Source of the DNA: Rhynchobatus australiae
Taxonomy: Eukaryota
Assembly (NCBI GenBank): GCA_034780895.1
Contig: JAUZTB010000076.1
Coordinates: 110,836,440 to 110,900,439 of the forward strand
Direction of reading: 5' to 3'
Length of the DNA: 64,000 bases
Shown here: positions 36,746 to 49,620 of the stretch, one piece after another
How the letters are laid out: each line of letters opens with the position of its first letter
Numbering within the stretch: position 1 is the first letter of the stretch
Position numbers and translations under genes: made by a program
The notes under the pieces: model-generated
What the model was told of the DNA's origin: nothing
Database searches by the model: none
Seen by the model: the letters and a program-made list of their open reading frames with translations, nothing else

Positions 36746-38989
36746 GTAAGTAATGATTATCTCTGGAGCTTTTGAGTGCAAAGGAAGTTGTGGGGGAGGG
36801 AGGGGATGAAAAGTGCAGCAAAGCAGAGAAAGAAAATTTCTCAGCTGCGAAAGAATTTTGTTTCCTGGACATGTTTTTCCTTTTAAGATTTTGAACCATG
36901 CTTGGTAAACAAGCATGTCTTTTAAAATCTTCCAATTAGGTGGGGGACTGCTGGTCAAATCAAACTGATTTTCATTTTGATTAAGCATAATGAGATAATT
37001 TCTCTGCTCTCCCTTTCTTTTAAAAAAACTTCTAGGTTCAACATTTGAAATACCACAATATTTAAAATGAAGATAATGTGCTTCCTTATCTTTCTCGGGG
37101 CATCTTGTCATGAATGTATTTTTTTTTATTTTCATTTGGTGTTAGAGACTCAGAACTCTGAATGTTGTGGAAAAGTATTCACAAAAGGGACCAGGCTCAG
37201 ACACACCACTCAGTTTAGGAAGAGACATGATATAATGTTACACATTCCATTTAATTTATCATAACTAACTCTGTCTAAGCTCATTTACATCACTATGCAT
37301 AACCTGTTTCACTTTCAAACTAGTTTTTGGACTTTTTAGGAAAAACCAGGATAAATTTAATTTGCTTACCTTTTTTGTGGGGGGGGGGGGAAAGAGCTTT
37401 ATTTTCTTTTATCCAACATACGTATCCTGTTCTCCCAGTCAGGTAGTCACTTCCATTCAGCATACAGACAACTATTGAAACTGTCAGTGGTAGTAATTTG
37501 TCACCCATCTGGGAGGGGAGAGTTCATTGATGGAGGAAACTCCAACTGGAGAATGGGGTTTTTCTTTATCTATATGCTCCAGAAAACTACTTTCTGTGAG
37601 AGCAACATTNNNNNNNNTTTCTGGTCAACCGCAAAAGAAAAAGAAATCATCATTGTATTCAGTAAATCACAGAAGAGCCCCCTCTTACCAGATTACAGTG
37701 AATTTTGCTTTTCTCCACCCCCAAAAGTAGGTACATTTAAAGCCTTAAAACTGCCTGCTTTAATATATTAATTTCACAGGAAATGTTAAATAAAGTGAAT
37801 TATGAGGTACTAAACAAATCAAAGGGCTGATACCTGAAACTGTACCATTGTCTTAAATTAGCCAGGATGTGTATGTTCTTGTGTATAGTGTAAACAAAGT
37901 GAACTTTCCTTTGCGTAGTGTCATGTTTCACTAAATGTTTGAGATGGTACATGATAAGAAAGTGTGATGTAAATGCACTGCAAGATACAGCACTGTTACA
38001 AAATAGTATAGCTCGGGTCCAATTTGCAGTCTTTGAAGAGCTAACAAATTTTCATCAGGGCAGCAGTTGGGGCTCTTGTATTAGGGAGAAGGCAAATTGA
38101 TCAGCCTTGCTGCTTTTAATCATTGTCTAATGCAGATTTACAAGCCTTGTATAGGGATGGAATAGGGTTTGGCTAGATACCCTACATGATTGATTCACAT
38201 ATTAATAGTATTTAAAGAATAGACATCTGGATGATGTGGACTGCTTCTATAGATGGTACTCTAGAAATTCTGTGAGCAGCTTGGCATTTCCTTGTGCTGC
38301 ACAAAAGAATTTAATTTAAAACTTGATCTGGTGCTTGCTGCACAATTCTCACAGGACATCAGTTTGGTTGCAGGTTTGCATTTGCATATGATATGCTTAT
38401 GGACAGGGATGTCTGGACATGTACAATGGTGTCAAATGACATACAACACACATTTTGATGCCATCCTCATGATATTCAGTTATGCATAGGTGTCCTGGGG
38501 ACATGCAGGAGCAGGATTCCACAACGCTTGAAGCCGCCTTCAGTGCAGCTGATAGATCAGTCTGACCTGGTTTGTTACCATGTGGTTTGACTTTTGGATC
38601 TTCCTAAAGATAGGAACCCTTTTGCTTTTCTACTTGCCCCACCCTCCAACAAACATATCACAAACCCTATTCCCCCACCTTGCTGCATCGCCCTGCCTCA
38701 ATATCAAACATACCATCTCTGCCTTTCCCTGTACCCAGCCACTCTTGACATTTGCCCTCTTTCCTTCTTGCCTGCCACCCTAATTCAGCTCTTGAGATCC
38801 CATTCCCCTCTCACTGAGTTATTTTCTTTTAACCTCATTCCTCCCAGTTCTGGAATCCCTCCACTGAAAGCTTTCTCTCCAAGACCCTTTAAACTCCTTG
38901 CTCTCAACTTAAACCTATGCCCTTTTCCTTTTGATAGCNNNNNNNNNNTATGGAAAAATGGAAAAAAATTTCCATTTTCCACAATGGCA

Positions 38990-39107
38990 AAATGGTTTGG
39001 AGGGATATGGGCCAAACACAGGCAGATGGGACTAGCTCATGTAGGCAAGTTGGTTGACAATGGATGAGTTAGGCCAAAGGGCCTGTTTCTGTGCTGGTAT
39101 AACTCTG
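38990..39107 (+). repeat. CR1-type 3' tail, 180 nt upstream of exon 3
   Basis: agggatatgggccaaacacaggcagatgggactag...tggatgagttaggccaaagggcctgtttctgtgctg, near-identical to 58320-58426. Confidence 0.75.
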
Positions 39108-39285
39108 AGCTACATTGGCTGGATATTCATAATTTATGCCAGTTTCAGTGGAATTCATTCCTTGTTGAATATATTTAATAGAGAACAACTGAAGCCATAT
39201 TTTACTGAGCTCTTGTCATTCTGGAGTTTTACTTTAAAGCTGAACAAAATTCTATGACTTGTACCTTGTGCTACTTTCATCGCAG

Positions 39286-39557
39286 ATATGTTTGAGCTTG
39301 ATACGCCTATTGCACTATTTGGCCCATTCTCCTCTCGGCTCAGTAACATTGCTAGACTTCCGTCCCCGCCAATTTGTGATTGTTGATGGTGAACTCAAAG
39401 TGACAGACTTGGATGATGCCAGCATCAATGAAACACCGTGTTCAAGCAACAGCGATTGTTTTATGGAGTTTCCTGCCCGAAATTTCACCTTAACCTGCTC
39501 ATTGGAAGGTGTGTGTCAGAGGATGAATGAGAAGCGGAATCTCTACAATGCCTATAG
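39286..39557 (+). CDS. PKDCC: PKDCC coding exon 3 (catalytic loop and DLD motif)
   Basis: Acceptor catcgcag|ATA. Encodes [45 protein letters not shown]...[14 protein letters not shown]...[11 protein letters not shown](R). Donor AG|gtaatt. 272 nt, ends in phase 2. Confidence 0.97.
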
Positions 39558-40249
39558 GTAATTGCTTCTTTCACTGTTGACCATGTCAGAAGAGCTCAGA
39601 TTGCAACCGCTACCACTGCCAGAAACGGAATATTTTTCAGTTTCATCACTATGCAACATTGCTTTGAAACTGCATTCCACTTTGTAAAGGACTTGTGTAA
39701 TTGACATCAGTTTGTGGTCCTCAGAAGGGATAATATGTCCAAACATGGTATATTTCATCCTTATTATGACAAGAGAAGTAAAGCAATGAATAGTGAGAAG
39801 TTTGCAATGATTCTAATATTTTTACACAGTTCTCTCATGATTTAGACAAACAAAAGATAGTCAGATACATGCACCAATAGTTCTGGCTTAATCCATTCAG
39901 TTCCTTTCAGATTGATGCACTCAACATTGAACATTCTATCCAACCAGTAACACACAAAAACTAGCTCTACAAGATTCAGTAGGATCTCTAAGTAAAATTT
40001 TAGTGAAGATGACAAGGGTTGAACACTTACATGATGTGTAGAGGACAAAACTGAACATTTTGTACTTTAGAAACCATAGTCAGATGTAGTCACTTTGACT
40101 GCATGAAACTGCAAATGAATCTGTTTTTAACTTTTAAAGTTACTGGTGATATAAATGAAGGACCGCAGACCTCCATTTGATGTTTCTGAGCAGTTAGTGT
40201 AAAAGGAATGTAAACAGGCCCACTCCACACTAATTATGCACTGATTAAG

Positions 40250-40690
40250 TGGCAATGCTGTGTTACTCTATAATGAATGACTGTAAGCAATCTGTTATCT
40301 CTGGGCAGTCTCATAAACTCGTATCAATGGCGGAAATATGAGTGGACTGGGTGACCCTTCACCGCAGTACTGTTGCACAAGTGTTAAAACAAAGAACCCA
40401 CATGTCGTCTCCAGTAGAAATGAATGATTCAGCATTGCAATTGGAAAAATCATTAACAAGAAGGGAGTATTGACATTGGCCTGGTGGATATTTATCTCTT
40501 AGGCAATACCTGAAGCAAATGATCTGGTCATATATTTAATTACTTTTTGCAATTGAATCAGGGGTTTTCTGTGCACAAAATCATTGCTTATACTACAACA
40601 GGGACTATGAATATAAAGTACTTCATTGATTGTGAGGTGCATAGCTATATCCTTGGCTTATGAAAGATGCTATATAAGTGCAAGATTTTC
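40250..40690 (+). mobile_element. Old Deu-type SINE (3' part)
   Basis: Tail aagtacttcattgattgtgagg...tgaaagatgctatataagtgcaag. A similar tail occurs at 44770-44885. Confidence 0.45.
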
Positions 40691-42449
40691 CCCCCATTTT
40701 TCAGTTTTTATGTTGGAATCTTTGCATAGTACCAATACATTTCTTCAGTGAAAGACAACTTCAAGCTTATTTTAAACACCAGTCCTTGTTTCATTAGCTA
40801 TCTGTTATTTCTCTAGCCTTATTGCACACTGTGACATTGGNNNNNNNNNNNNNNNNNNNNNNNNNNNNNNNNNNNNNNNNNNNNNNNNNNNNNNNNNNNN
40901 NNNNNNNNNNNNNNNNNNNNNNNNNNNNNNNNNNNNNNNNNNNNNNNNNNNNNNNNNNNNNNNNNNNNNNNNNNNNNNNNNNNNNNNNNNNNNNNNNNNN
41001 NNNNNNNNNNNNNNNNNNNNNNNNNNNNNNNNNNNNNNNNNNNNNNNNNNNNNNNNNNNNNNATTTTTGGGAAGTGAAACACAATAACTATTTTGTGTTT
41101 ATTCTTTCTAGTGGAAATGAAAGTTGAGTGGCTTCTATTATAGTGGCTGATTCACACCCTTGTTCTTTCTCCTACATCTAATCTTTTGGAACATAGTACC
41201 ACGAATGTTGTCTCAGTTTTGCTTACCTTTTGTGATTTAATAAAGTGCGAAATAGAAAACATTGTGAGACTGAAATTGTACTTCATTGTCGAGTGCAAAG
41301 AATGATGGTGACTGGGCAGACAGTTTTACTCCCACACAAATGACTTAACTGAACAGTGTTATTTTATTTATAAAATAATATCAGTTGCCCTAGAAATTCG
41401 TGCCTGGTTGATAGCTCACAACTCTGCTCCAATGACTTTAAGGGACTTCAATGGGACAAAAGTTTGGAGGCAGGAGTACAACATCTGTGGTTATGAAGTG
41501 GGGATGCATTTCCAGGCAGCTATCTTCTGAAGAAGATGGATGGAGCTGCTTAGTGAAATATTGAGGGTGTCTGCTCAAAACAGGAGACCATAGAATGACC
41601 ATTCCTGGTACAACCCATCTGGTTTTCCTTTCCACTAGCTTCATACCACTCATCTTGCACCTTTTGATAACTTTAATTTCACGTCTGTGATCAGACCTTG
41701 GCTTCTGACTGAAGTTATTATCCTTTTAAGAATCATTGGTAACAATGCTAATCCTTTGCAGCACATCATTTGGCAGGTGCTTGTAAGCAACTGAACTGCA
41801 GATCTGAGATTGCTNNNNNNNNNNNNNNNNNNNNNNNNNNNNNNNNNNNNNNNNNNNNNNNNNNNNNNNNNNNNNNNNNNNNNNNNNNNNNNNNNNNNNN
41901 NNNNNNNNNNNNNNNNNNNNNNNNNNNNNNNNNNNNNNNNNNNNNNNNNNNNNNNNNNNNNNNNNNNNNNNNNNNNNNNNNNNNNNNNNNNNNNNNNNNN
42001 NNNNNNNNNNNNNNNNNNNNNNNNNNNNNNNNNNNNNNNNNNNNNCATCTTGTACTTTTAGAAATATTTTGATCAGAAAGACATCAGACCCCTGTTCTTA
42101 CAAGAGTTGAGTGAAGGCTGCAAAAAAAACTTTCATCAGCTTGACCTTTTTAATCCTGACTCACAGTCAACTGTATCTGACATGTTTAATCGATTTATAC
42201 TTAATCGCATAAACCATTTAACTGAATGTATTTCTGTCATAAAAACAAATCCCTTACTGTTATAGAAATTGTCTGGATTGGTTTCATTTGTTTCTTTTAC
42301 ATTTAATCTAATTTGGTCTTCTAATTGGCTGTTAGACAGAGGACATTGACAACAAATTCCATTCATTTATTGTTAATGCAGCAAAATTGTTTCAAATCTT
42401 TCACTGAACCATGAGGAAAATATCAGTACCAAAGGAGGAATTAGAAAGC

Positions 42450-42830
42450 ATGACCAAAAATATATTGGACAGAAAGATGCACTTTAAGGAGAGTTTGTCT
42501 TTAAGGAGGAAAAGCAGTGAAAGGATCAGGAAGGAAATTCGGGCATGAGCCTTGGGTTTCTGAACTAATAGTAGAGCGAAAACCCTGTTGGTGTACAGGG
42601 GTCTGAGTGCAGAGGACATGCGAATGCAGGGAATGACTAGATCTAAAGGGCCAGAGGAGGTTCCAGATATCGGCAGGGGTAAGGCTAGGGCGGCAGTCAA
42701 GCATGGATTTGAGATATTAGGGTATTTGTTAGAGATGAAGAGCAGTAGCTGTCTGACTGAGAAATGTATTTGTGTCTTTGGTGGGATTGTTCCAGGTGAA
42801 GTCAGGAACTTGATTTGTGTGGACAGAGGA
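42450..42830 (-). mobile_element. L2-like LINE 3' fragment
   Basis: Purine-rich decayed segment (gtctttaaggaggaaa...ggaaggaaattc..gagccttggg), recognised by pattern. Confidence 0.35.
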
Positions 42831-45212
42831 ATTCACCACATGGAGAACTATAATCAATAGGAAATTAAAATGCCTCATTGTGTTGTATAGTTTTACTAAA
42901 TTTCTTTGCAGGAAGGACAAGCATGGAATTGTGATGAGAAGTTAAACTTCCTGCTTTGGATAAATTGGTTTATTTGATTAATTCCATCTCTCACATTTCA
43001 GAAACCATTGCCTTCAGCAGAAACTTTATACAATTAAGAAGAAAGTGTAGCTTGCAAAATGAGAGATGGATTGGGTCAAGGAAGATCGTCTTCACAGGAG
43101 ACATTCTACAAAGGATTGCTTCCATTGTATTTTACTTATTTAGAAGACAAAAACAGAATTTGAGACTGGTACCTCTGAGTATCCAACTAGGGGATTAGGC
43201 AGTGCTATTCATGATGTGTTCCAAACAAACAAGGGTTTCCATTTATAGCTGAAAAGAATTTGCATGTACAACAAAATTACATAGGAACAAAATAAACTGC
43301 AGTGGATTGGATAGGGGAGATTATTGGAAATAAGTATTTTCTTTGCATTGGTTTGATTTATGCAGAAAATTGCATCCCGTACTGAACAAATTTTTACTGA
43401 ATAAATATTTGACAAACCTCTAACTTCAACAATCCACATAACTGCTGCCTACAAAACGCAAGACTCCAAAGCTCTCAAAATGGCCCTTGTCTCAGGTAAA
43501 TACTATTTAAGACATTGCAGGTGAAAACTGAGATTTATTAATCCATAAAACTGGTCATGCTGTAATTATTTTTAAAAATAGCTACTTATAACCATTTATT
43601 TTCATTAAACCTTATTTTATCCCCAAAATATTAAACAAGTGAAGCATATAACCTGCTACCTGAATAAATTCAGTTGTTTTGAAATACCTTGCAGTAAATG
43701 GATCTAGGGATTAGTACTTAACAGTGCCTTGGTATTTCAAACAATACTTGCTCACTGCAAAACAGGTGCAAACATGTTTTGTTCTTTGCAATGTAACCAT
43801 AAATGCATCTTGTCACTAATGTCTTGACCTCCTGCTGCGTTATGCCATAGGGGGAGAAAAAAAAAACAAAGATTAAGGCAGTCATTCCTCTGGCACAGAC
43901 ACTGGCTCTTGGCTGTCTAACAGAACATTAATTGTTAAAGTGATCATTCGGTCTTCAGCTAAGTGGACAGCAGGATGGACTATTATGGTGACGAGCAGGA
44001 AGAATGCTCTTTTCGATTTCTTATCCTACTGCAAAAGCACCATGGTTGGTTGATTCAGCAACCGATCACAGTTGGGCTGGCTCAGGCTCCCTGCCTCCTC
44101 TTGTACTCCTAGCTGAGAGAGGGGTTTGCGTATTCAAAATGCAACATGAGAAACGATATGGGGCCACGGTTTCTTCCTGTAGGTTTTCGTAATTATGAAC
44201 AAATAGACAATGTTGCAGGGTATATTGCCACAGTACTGCTCTCACATTCTGTTTGTTAATGACACAACTGCTGTAGAACAAACAATTGGCAGTCTGAGGA
44301 TGCAGTTCTGCCAAATACATTCCATTTGTCAGTAATTGTAAAAGCTCATTACAGATGAAGCAGTCAGAGAAGAAAGTTTTAACTGTTGTAGTTGCCAAAA
44401 GTATCTTGTGTTTCTGACTTAGCTATTACTCTGATGTATAGTATAGAAAGTCATTGAAGTTGTTATGTGGTAATTTTTAATAAGTCTTGCTTATTCCTGT
44501 CTATTGACTGCTCCATATCGATGAAATGGTCAAATGTAATGTTGCATTTAGGAAGAAAGGATAACATGGGAGCTAATCATCTGATGTCCTACTGCCTGGC
44601 TCTTCTGTGGAGATCTGCCTACATCCTATGGGTTAGCTCCACGCTGTCCTAGTTAAGATCAGGAACCTCAAGTCTGGGAGGTTACAGAAACTGTTTCCTA
44701 ACTCATTCTGTACCATTGGACTTTCCTGAAGATCAGGATTCTACCTGTTATTTTTAAATTGACTGGAAATTGGCTATCATGCTTTCTAAAATTCAGTGAC
44801 TACACTTCAAAAACACTGTATTAAATATCAGGTTTGGGATATCCTGAAGTTACCACGACAGAATATAAATGCACATCTGCCTTTCTTTAAATGAATGGCT
44901 TATAATGCAGTAACAAGAAGAGAAGAAGACTAAGTAATTGAATTCAAAATAATGGTTAAGTGACTGTTATGTTTGGATTTGAAAAGTTTAGGTTTGTTTG
45001 GGGTTTGGAGCAGGAGAAAATGTTTGGTATTTCACAGTTTAAGGTCCTAACGAAGTGAAAGGACTGGAGTGAGAAACAGAACAACAGCAAGTTCAGCACA
45101 ATTGTTAGGGAGAAGGAAAAGAGAAAACTGGTCTTAAAGGTAGCAAGTAGCACAGTGCTCAAGTGATTGAAATGGCAAGAAAGCATTTAACAGAAAGATG
45201 TTTGTTTTACAG

Positions 45213-45320
45213 GGGAGTTGCGCTGGGGCATAGAAGAGACATTGGCTCAGCTTGAGGAAGTTCTGTACCTGTTCAAGAGCGGATTATATCTGCAGAATGT
45301 CACCAGAAGCCAAACCTCTG
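45213..45320 (+). CDS. PKDCC: PKDCC coding exon 5
   Basis: Acceptor tttgttttacag|GG. Encodes (G)[35 protein letters not shown], matching recalled [29 protein letters not shown]. Donor TG|gtaaga. 108 nt, phase 1/1. Confidence 0.94.
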
Positions 45321-46134
45321 GTAAGATGGCCTCAAATACTTTAACTGCAGTACTTCCAGTGTTTGAGCACCAGGTTAAGCAGAGGGGGCAGGGGAACTTT
45401 TATTCATCACAGATTGTCTCATTGATCCAAATGTTCAAAGCACTGTGATGAAAGAGTCTGTGGTTTGAGCTGTATGGAGGCAGAGTATAAAGAAAAGTAA
45501 TTATAAAGTAATGGCCACATATTTTAACCCTGGTATGTGTTTAGGTGGGGCTACCTCACATGTATGTTTAGTTTTCTGCTGTTGATAACTTAAGAAAATA
45601 ATAACTTGTATCATATAGTGGTTCATTAAAAATACTTTAGTCTGATTGTTGCTGTGAAAATAAATAACAGCTTGAAGCTTTTGAGGTTTTGTTTCTTTCT
45701 TAGTGCCAAAATCCATATTGAAGCCTAACAGTTTGCAGGAGGAAATTTCTTGTATGGTTGTCATTGGGGGTAGTGTGGTGGGGAGGGGCTAGACACTGGA
45801 TTGGTGCTGTTTCACTGTTCGTGCATGAAACGGCTTGCTAGCCACAACTAATTAAACATAAAAATTGCCAGGAATCTTACCTAGAAATTCAACCCAGTTG
45901 GTAACAATAAGTGCATTGTATAGAAGCAGAAGTGCATTGCACCCCACTTCCAACTGGGCTGAATTTTTAGGCATTGCCTCCTCACAGTGAGAGATAAAAA
46001 GCAGAATGCAAGTTGCCTTTCTCCAATCTATTAAGCCTAATCATATAAAATAAGCACATCAATGTATATGCCACAGTTTAGACAAGATGCCCCTCCTTTT
46101 CAGAACCTTAAGAACAAATCTCTGTTAGTAGACT

Positions 46135-46475
46135 AATACACCAATTTTTATAGCATGTGATGTCTTTCATAACTTCCTAAAGTACCCTTCAGATTTTGAG
46201 ATGCAATCACTATTGTAACATAAGTGTCGAGACCAGTTTATGTACAATGAAATCTCACTCAACAAGGCAATAAGGTGTAGACATTCTTCAAATAGTGCCA
46301 TGTAATCCTTTATACCTGATGGAGAGACCAGGTATGACATTGCTTTGATATAAGAGAAATGACACCCCTATTAATGCAGCTTTGGAGTACAGTTGAAATT
46401 TTACATTGACTTCTTGCAGTGGGATTTGAACCCACAACCTCTGATGGAGGAAAAAGTGATACCTACTGTGGCACT
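46135..46475 (-). mobile_element. Deu-domain SINE (SacSINE1-like)
   Basis: tcttcaaatagtgccatgtaatcctttata..cctga and cagtgggatttgaacccacaacctctga (reverse complement of the tRNA B box). Confidence 0.6.
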
Positions 46476-48021
46476 ATGAACTCAGCTGTCACCAGACTGC
46501 CAATCTAAATTAGGAAAAATGGGTGGAGCTTGTACTTTTGCATCTGGCTTTCAAGGGACCACCGCAATCTGCTCAGAAAATAGGTGAAGAAAGCTTAAAC
46601 TTTTATTTTAATGGGTCCAGTAAAAGAAAGGGTCCTGCTGGACTCACTAGAGACTCAGTCCTTTTGCTGGTTTGTTCAGTTTGTTACTCACTCCTCTGAA
46701 TCGGAGGAGATTTCCTGTCTGTCTGATCATCAGTTGTAGTTCATCACCAGTTTAGGATCCACTTCACTCTTTAAATGAGGCACAAAGGCAAACTGGCATT
46801 TGCCTGCAAAGACCAACATGAAGACCCTTCATTTCACAGACTTTGCCTGCTTTGAGTTGAGGTGACATTTCTTGCCCACTCTAATTGCCTGTCTTAGTAC
46901 CGTGTGATTTATCTTGAGGAGCACCACTGGAAATTCGGCAGGTTAGCTAAAGCAACACTAATGCTGGAAATTCATGGGCCTGTCAGCATCAAAGAAAAGA
47001 TTTTTTTGGGAATGTTTTGGGAAGGCTCTCATTAGCAACAATCTATTTTTTCATTCAATTATTTCTGTATACTTTTATTAATGACTTTGGATATGTTGAG
47101 CTGGAGGGCAAACCTTTGGGCACCAGGTTACCTGAGGACTTGTTGATACTTTTAGAACTTCGGGATTTAAAACCAAACTTAAAGCTTTAAACTTATGCAA
47201 TGTGTATTTAAACAAAAAATAAATGTCAGAGAAGTTCAGATTCTATTAATATATGGGACATTTTAATATCTAGTGTTAAGTGGATCATATCCATACAAAT
47301 AACACAACAGATCGAAACAAGAATGTTTGGTAGATGGAAAGGAAAATTCTAAACAGGTTTGGGTTGTGGGCAGATCTCAAATCTACTGCAGTAGAGTTGT
47401 CCTGTCTTCCTGGCTGTTTGGCAGTTGTTTGATTTGAATTGGACATCTGTCGCTTAGTGCTTCACTGCAGCTGTATAGCAGAGGGAGCTCAGTGATGACT
47501 GACTGTGGATTCAGAGGGAGGTATGGAAAGGACAGAAGGGCTATTCATTGTCAGACAGAAATGAAATAAACCCAGATTCTCTGTAGTTACCTTGCTTCAT
47601 AATTACCTTGAAAAGCTGCACAGGTGTTCCAATGACTTTGGAGTTGTCTGAAATCCACCGTGGTCTCGCTGACTGATGCCTGTCATCACACTAAATTTAT
47701 TTTCAGCATTACAATAAATATAACAACCATTTTCTTTGAGAAAGTGCCAGGAAGTTTGTTTTCTCTGGTGGCAGTTAATCTTTGTACCAAATCAGAACTT
47801 GCCATTGAGGTAATGTGAATTAACTGCTCTGTGCTGTTTTAATTGTGGGGGGGAAGGTTGGTGAGAGATGCTAAATCTAGAAACAACTCCTGTTGAATAA
47901 TGAGAAAGTTATGATCACTTTTTCTGTCCTTTGCTTTCAGTCTGTGTTTAGTCCATCACACTCTATCCATCTTCCTCCATTTCTCTCTGCCAATCACCGT
48001 GTCTTCCTCTTCTTCCTTCAT

Positions 48022-48312
48022 AAGATTTCTTTATTAGCCACATGTACATCGAAACACAGTGAAATGCATCTTTGCGAAGGATGTTCTGGGAGCAGCCCAC
48101 AAGTGTCGCCATGCTTCCGGCGCCAACATAGCATGCCCATACCTCCTAACGCGTATGTCTTTGGAATGTGGGAGGAAACCGGAGCACCCGGAGGAAACCC
48201 ACACGGTCACGGAGAGAACGTACAAACTCCTTACAGACAATGGTCGGAATTGAACCTGGGTCATTGGCGCTGTAATAGCTTTACGCTAACCGCTACACTA
48301 CCGTGCTTGCCC
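48022..48312 (-). mobile_element. V-domain SINE with Rex-like tail
   Basis: Reverse complement of the head, V core (ggaggaaaccggagcacccggaggaaacccacac) and tail gatgcatttcactgtgtttcgatgtacatgtggctaataaagaaatctt. Confidence 0.88.
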
Positions 48313-48499
48313 TTGTTTCCCTTCCTCATTTTTTTCTCTCTCTCATTATTTCTTCCTTTCCTCTCAGTCTTTTGCAATTTTCTTCCCTTTGTCTCTGTCG
48401 ATCATATCTCATCTTCTGATATTTTGTTGTCTTTTTCTGTCTCAATCTCTTGATTTTTGCCCTGCGTGATTCCAAAATTCCAATAATGGAATTAAGAAT

Positions 48500-49150
48500 T
48501 TGGTCTCTTATACCATTCATCAAGATCATGATGCCATTTTCCTGCACTATCCCATATCTCTCGTTTCCCCTAATATCCGAAAATCTATCAAATGCTTTCT
48601 TAATGACTGACACCTGACATTTCTCCCCACCTCACTCTAAATGGCTTATCCCTTCTAAAACTGACCCCTGGTTCTAGACTTCTCAAGTAGGGAAAACATT
48701 TTCCCTGCATCCAGCTTGTTGAGCCCTATAAGAATCTTGTTTCAATGAGATCTCTGATTCTTCTGAACTCCTGGAGATTACAGGTGCTGTCTACGCGATC
48801 TCTTTAATGGCAAACCCCTGCCACCCCAGGAAGTGGACTAATGTATCTACATTACACTCCCTCAATGGAAAGCACATCTTTTTATTTAACTTAAGACCAT
48901 ACTACACATATTTCAGGTGCAGACTCTCTATAACCCTATATAATTAAAATAAAATGTCCTTACTCCTGTACTCATCCTTTTCTCATAAAGATCACCGTAT
49001 TATTTACCTCCTTTCCCTGCTGCATAGACCTATTAATTCCGGTGACTTGTGTACAAGTACACTTGGGTCTCTTTGAACATCAATATTTCCCAGTCTCACC
49101 ATTTGAAAAAGATACTTTTAATTCTTGACTCTCAACTGAAATGGACTAAT
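48500..49150 (-). mobile_element. CR1 3' fragment
   Basis: Parallels 12540-13165 (ccattcatcaagatcatg...cccatatc...gacccctggttctagac...tttcaatgagatc). Confidence 0.65.
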
Positions 49151-49314
49151 GTGCCACACAGTTCAAGGGAGATCAAGAATGGACAATAAATGCTGGCTTT
49201 GCCAGTGATGTCCCTGCCCCTTGAATGAGTGGAAAAGGCATAACAGCAACAAAATGAGTGTCTAACGATCTTCCCAGAGGGGAGCTAAAAAAAATGTTAT
49301 AACTAATTGTAATA

Positions 49315-49620
49315 GGGCAGGCACGCTAGTGTAGCGGTTAGCATTTTCCCTGTATCCATTGCTCTTACAGCGCCAACGACCCGGGTTCAATTCCGGCCGC
49401 TGTCTGTAAGGAGTTAGTACCTTCTCCCTGTGTCTACGTGGGTTTCCTCCAGGTGCTCTGGTTTCCTCCCACATTCCAAAGACGTACAGATTAGGAAGAT
49501 GCAGGCATGCTGTGTTGGGGCCAGAAGCGTGGTGACATGTGTGGGCTGCCCCCAGAATACTCAAAAGGTGCATTTCACTGTCTATCAATGTACATGTGAC
49601 TAATAAAGAGATCTTATCTT
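49315..49620 (+). mobile_element. V-domain SINE with Rex-like tail
   Basis: gggcaggcacgctagtgtagcggttagc, B box gggttcaattcc, V core, tail gcatttcactgtctatcaatgtacatgtgactaataaagagatcttatctt. Confidence 0.88.

Noticed and set aside
42360-42390. IVNAA-encoding stretch as possible PKDCC exon 4 end (IVNATG)
   Set aside because: There is no upstream FFFTYLLP similarity, there are in-frame stops, and no splice donor follows.
47893-48453. 186-aa ORF (and similar ORFs at 49262, 60438, 62428 and 2854)
   Set aside because: These are chance translations of V-SINE copies; the shared peptides such as GMWEETGAPGGNP reflect the repeat, not a protein family.
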